Assembly: GCA_963812635.1 (NCBI GenBank) | Contig: CAWEVV010000007.1 | Span: 54,950 to 118,949 of the forward strand | Origin: an uncultured Actinomycetota bacterium | GTDB taxonomy: Bacteria > Actinomycetota > Thermoleophilia > Solirubrobacterales > Solirubrobacteraceae | Reading direction: 5' to 3' | DNA: 64,000 nucleotides | Part shown: positions 62,557 to 64,000 of the stretch, one piece after another | Layout of the letters: every line of letters starts with the position of its first letter | Position numbering within the stretch: position 1 is the first letter of the stretch | The notes under the pieces: generated by a model | The model's database searches: none | Seen by the model: only the letters and a program-made list of their open reading frames with translations | What the model was told of the DNA's origin: nothing | Position numbers and translations under genes: made by a program

Positions 62557-64000
62557 CCGCGCAGGCCGGCACCGCCCTCGCCGAGCCGATCACGTGTCCC
62601 GATGATTTTCGTCCGCGGGCGGGCGTTGGTGATCCTCGGCGGGACCGGCGCATCGTCGTCGACGTCCTCGTCCTCGTCCTGATCGGCCTGACCGTCGTCG
62701 CGCTCCTCTTCACCCCGTGGCCTGGCGTGAAGGCCGCCCTCCTGTTCGCGTCAGCCGCGGTCGTTCCCGGAACCGCCGCTCTCCGAAACGTCCGCTTCGC
62801 CTCGTCGCTCGAAGCGGTTTCCGTGACGGTTGGGGTCAGCCTGACATTCGCGGCCCTGGGGACGCTCGCGTTGATCTGGCTCGGCTGGTTCCATCCCGTC
62901 TGGGTGGCGCTTGGCGTAGGTTCGATCTCGGCACTCCTGATCGCCGTGGACCTGCGGCGGCGAACCACCGGCCGCGGTCAAAGCCTGCGCACCGCCACAC
63001 GGCGCCGTCTCGCCCTCAGGCGCGACGCGGCCAGCCCTTTGCTTCGGTGGCTCCGCAGGTCCGGGCCGTGGCTCATTCCGCTCCTCGCTGCTGAGCTTCT
63101 GTGGGTCCTTTCGCTCTCGCACATCTCGCTCGAGCATCTAGGGACGACGGGCCTGCTTGGTGCGCTGCCGGTGACGTGGTACATCGCGCTTGCCCTCTTG
63201 CTGGGCGGCGGAGTGGCATCGCTCACGCTCGGACGGCCGCGCCTGTGGCTCGCGCTTGCCTACCTGACGGCTCTCGTGTTTGTGATGTGCGGCACGATCC
63301 CCGCTCTCACCTCCGTTCCCCAGTATGGCTGGACCTACAAGCACATCGGCGTCATTCATCTGTTCCTTGCCACAGGTCACACGAGCCCATCGGTCGATAT
63401 CTACAACCGCTGGCCCGGAATGTTCGCCTTTGCCGCCGGGCTCACCAAACTCACGGGTCTCGACCCGATCACCTACGCGAACTGGGTCGAGCCGATCTTC
63501 ACGGTCATCAATGGTGTCGCCGTCGGTGCCCTCGCCAGGGTCCTGAGCCGCGATGACCGAGCCGCTGGACTGGCTGCGTTCGTCTTTGTCTGCTCGAGCT
63601 GGGTCGGGCAGACCTACCTGTCGCCCCAGACGTTCGCCTACATGCTCCAGCTGACAGCGATGCTCCTCATCGTCGGCCAGCTCGGATCGCGCGCTCCGTC
63701 GCCCGCGATCTCCTCACTCGTCAGGCGGATCGGATACCTCCGACGGCGCGCCACGGCCGAGCGGTTCGCTCCGGCTCCGACGATCGACGCGCTCCCGGCG
63801 ACGATCCTGGTGGTTCTCGTCGACTACCTGATCATCGCGACTCATCAGCTGACGCCCTACATGCTGCTCATCCAGTTCGCGGTGCTCCTCGCCCTTCGGG
63901 TGGTCAAAGGCTTTGTCGTGTGGGTCGGCATGCTCGTCGTCACGATCGGCTACCTCGTCACCAACCTGTCATTTATCGAGAAGCACTACGGCCTCGTCAG
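62553..64000 (+). CDS. multi-TM membrane protein (Wzy/GT-C-like), truncated at window end
   Basis: Open frame from ATG 62553 to the end; many TM helices; YGWTYKHIGV, IYNRWPGMF, WVGQTYLSPQ, HQLTPY. Confidence 0.8.
   Translation, partial: MTAQAGTALAEPITCPDDFRPRAGVGDPRRDRRIVVDVLVLVLIGLTVVALLFTPWPGVKAALLFASAAVVPGTAALRNVRFASSLEAVSVTVGVSLTFAALGTLALIWLGWFHPVWVALGVGSISALLIAVDLRRRTTGRGQSLRTATRRRLALRRDAASPLLRWLRRSGPWLIPLLAAELLWVLSLSHISLEHLGTTGLLGALPVTWYIALALLLGGGVASLTLGRPRLWLALAYLTALVFVMCGTIPALTSVPQYGWTYKHIGVIHLFLATGHTSPSVDIYNRWPGMFAFAAGLTKLTGLDPITYANWVEPIFTVINGVAVGALARVLSRDDRAAGLAAFVFVCSSWVGQTYLSPQTFAYMLQLTAMLLIVGQLGSRAPSPAISSLVRRIGYLRRRATAERFAPAPTIDALPATILVVLVDYLIIATHQLTPYMLLIQFAVLLALRVVKGFVVWVGMLVVTIGYLVTNLSFIEKHYGLV

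Overview
Very GC-rich bacterial chromosomal window, inferred to be actinobacterial and probably Thermoleophilia/Solirubrobacterales-like (from GC level, gene order, CGAAC-N4-GTTCG SOS box and leaderless promoters). In order: a partial glycine-rich protein; a SigG-type ECF sigma factor and a DHA2 MFS pump; a ~14 kb amino-acid/aromatic catabolic region (LIV-type ABC transporter, cupin, OsmC, class-V PLP enzyme, TDO-like, Ser/Thr dehydratase, OCD/mu-crystallin, aldo-keto reductase, VOC ring-cleaving dioxygenase, esterase, CE4 hydrolase) interrupted by a five-unit ~62-bp hairpin repeat array; the conserved housekeeping block tRNA-Gln-glmU-prs-rplY-pth-mfd-prsA-mazG-eno-ftsB plus csrA, tRNA-Leu(TAA) and ppx; and the start of a polysaccharide cluster that appears lower in GC. 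Best leads: (1) a multi-domain HNH nuclease gene wedged between tRNA-Gln and glmU, with a perfect LexA box over a leaderless promoter; (2) the non-canonical TDO-centred pathway; (3) a candidate ~180-nt structured sRNA after ppx; (4) an HxlR regulator apparently starting at ATC; (5) an HTH/disordered/AbrB-like protein divergent from csrA; (6) a Zn-ribbon rhomboid lacking its catalytic residues. All calls come from motif recognition by eye; no database searches were run.
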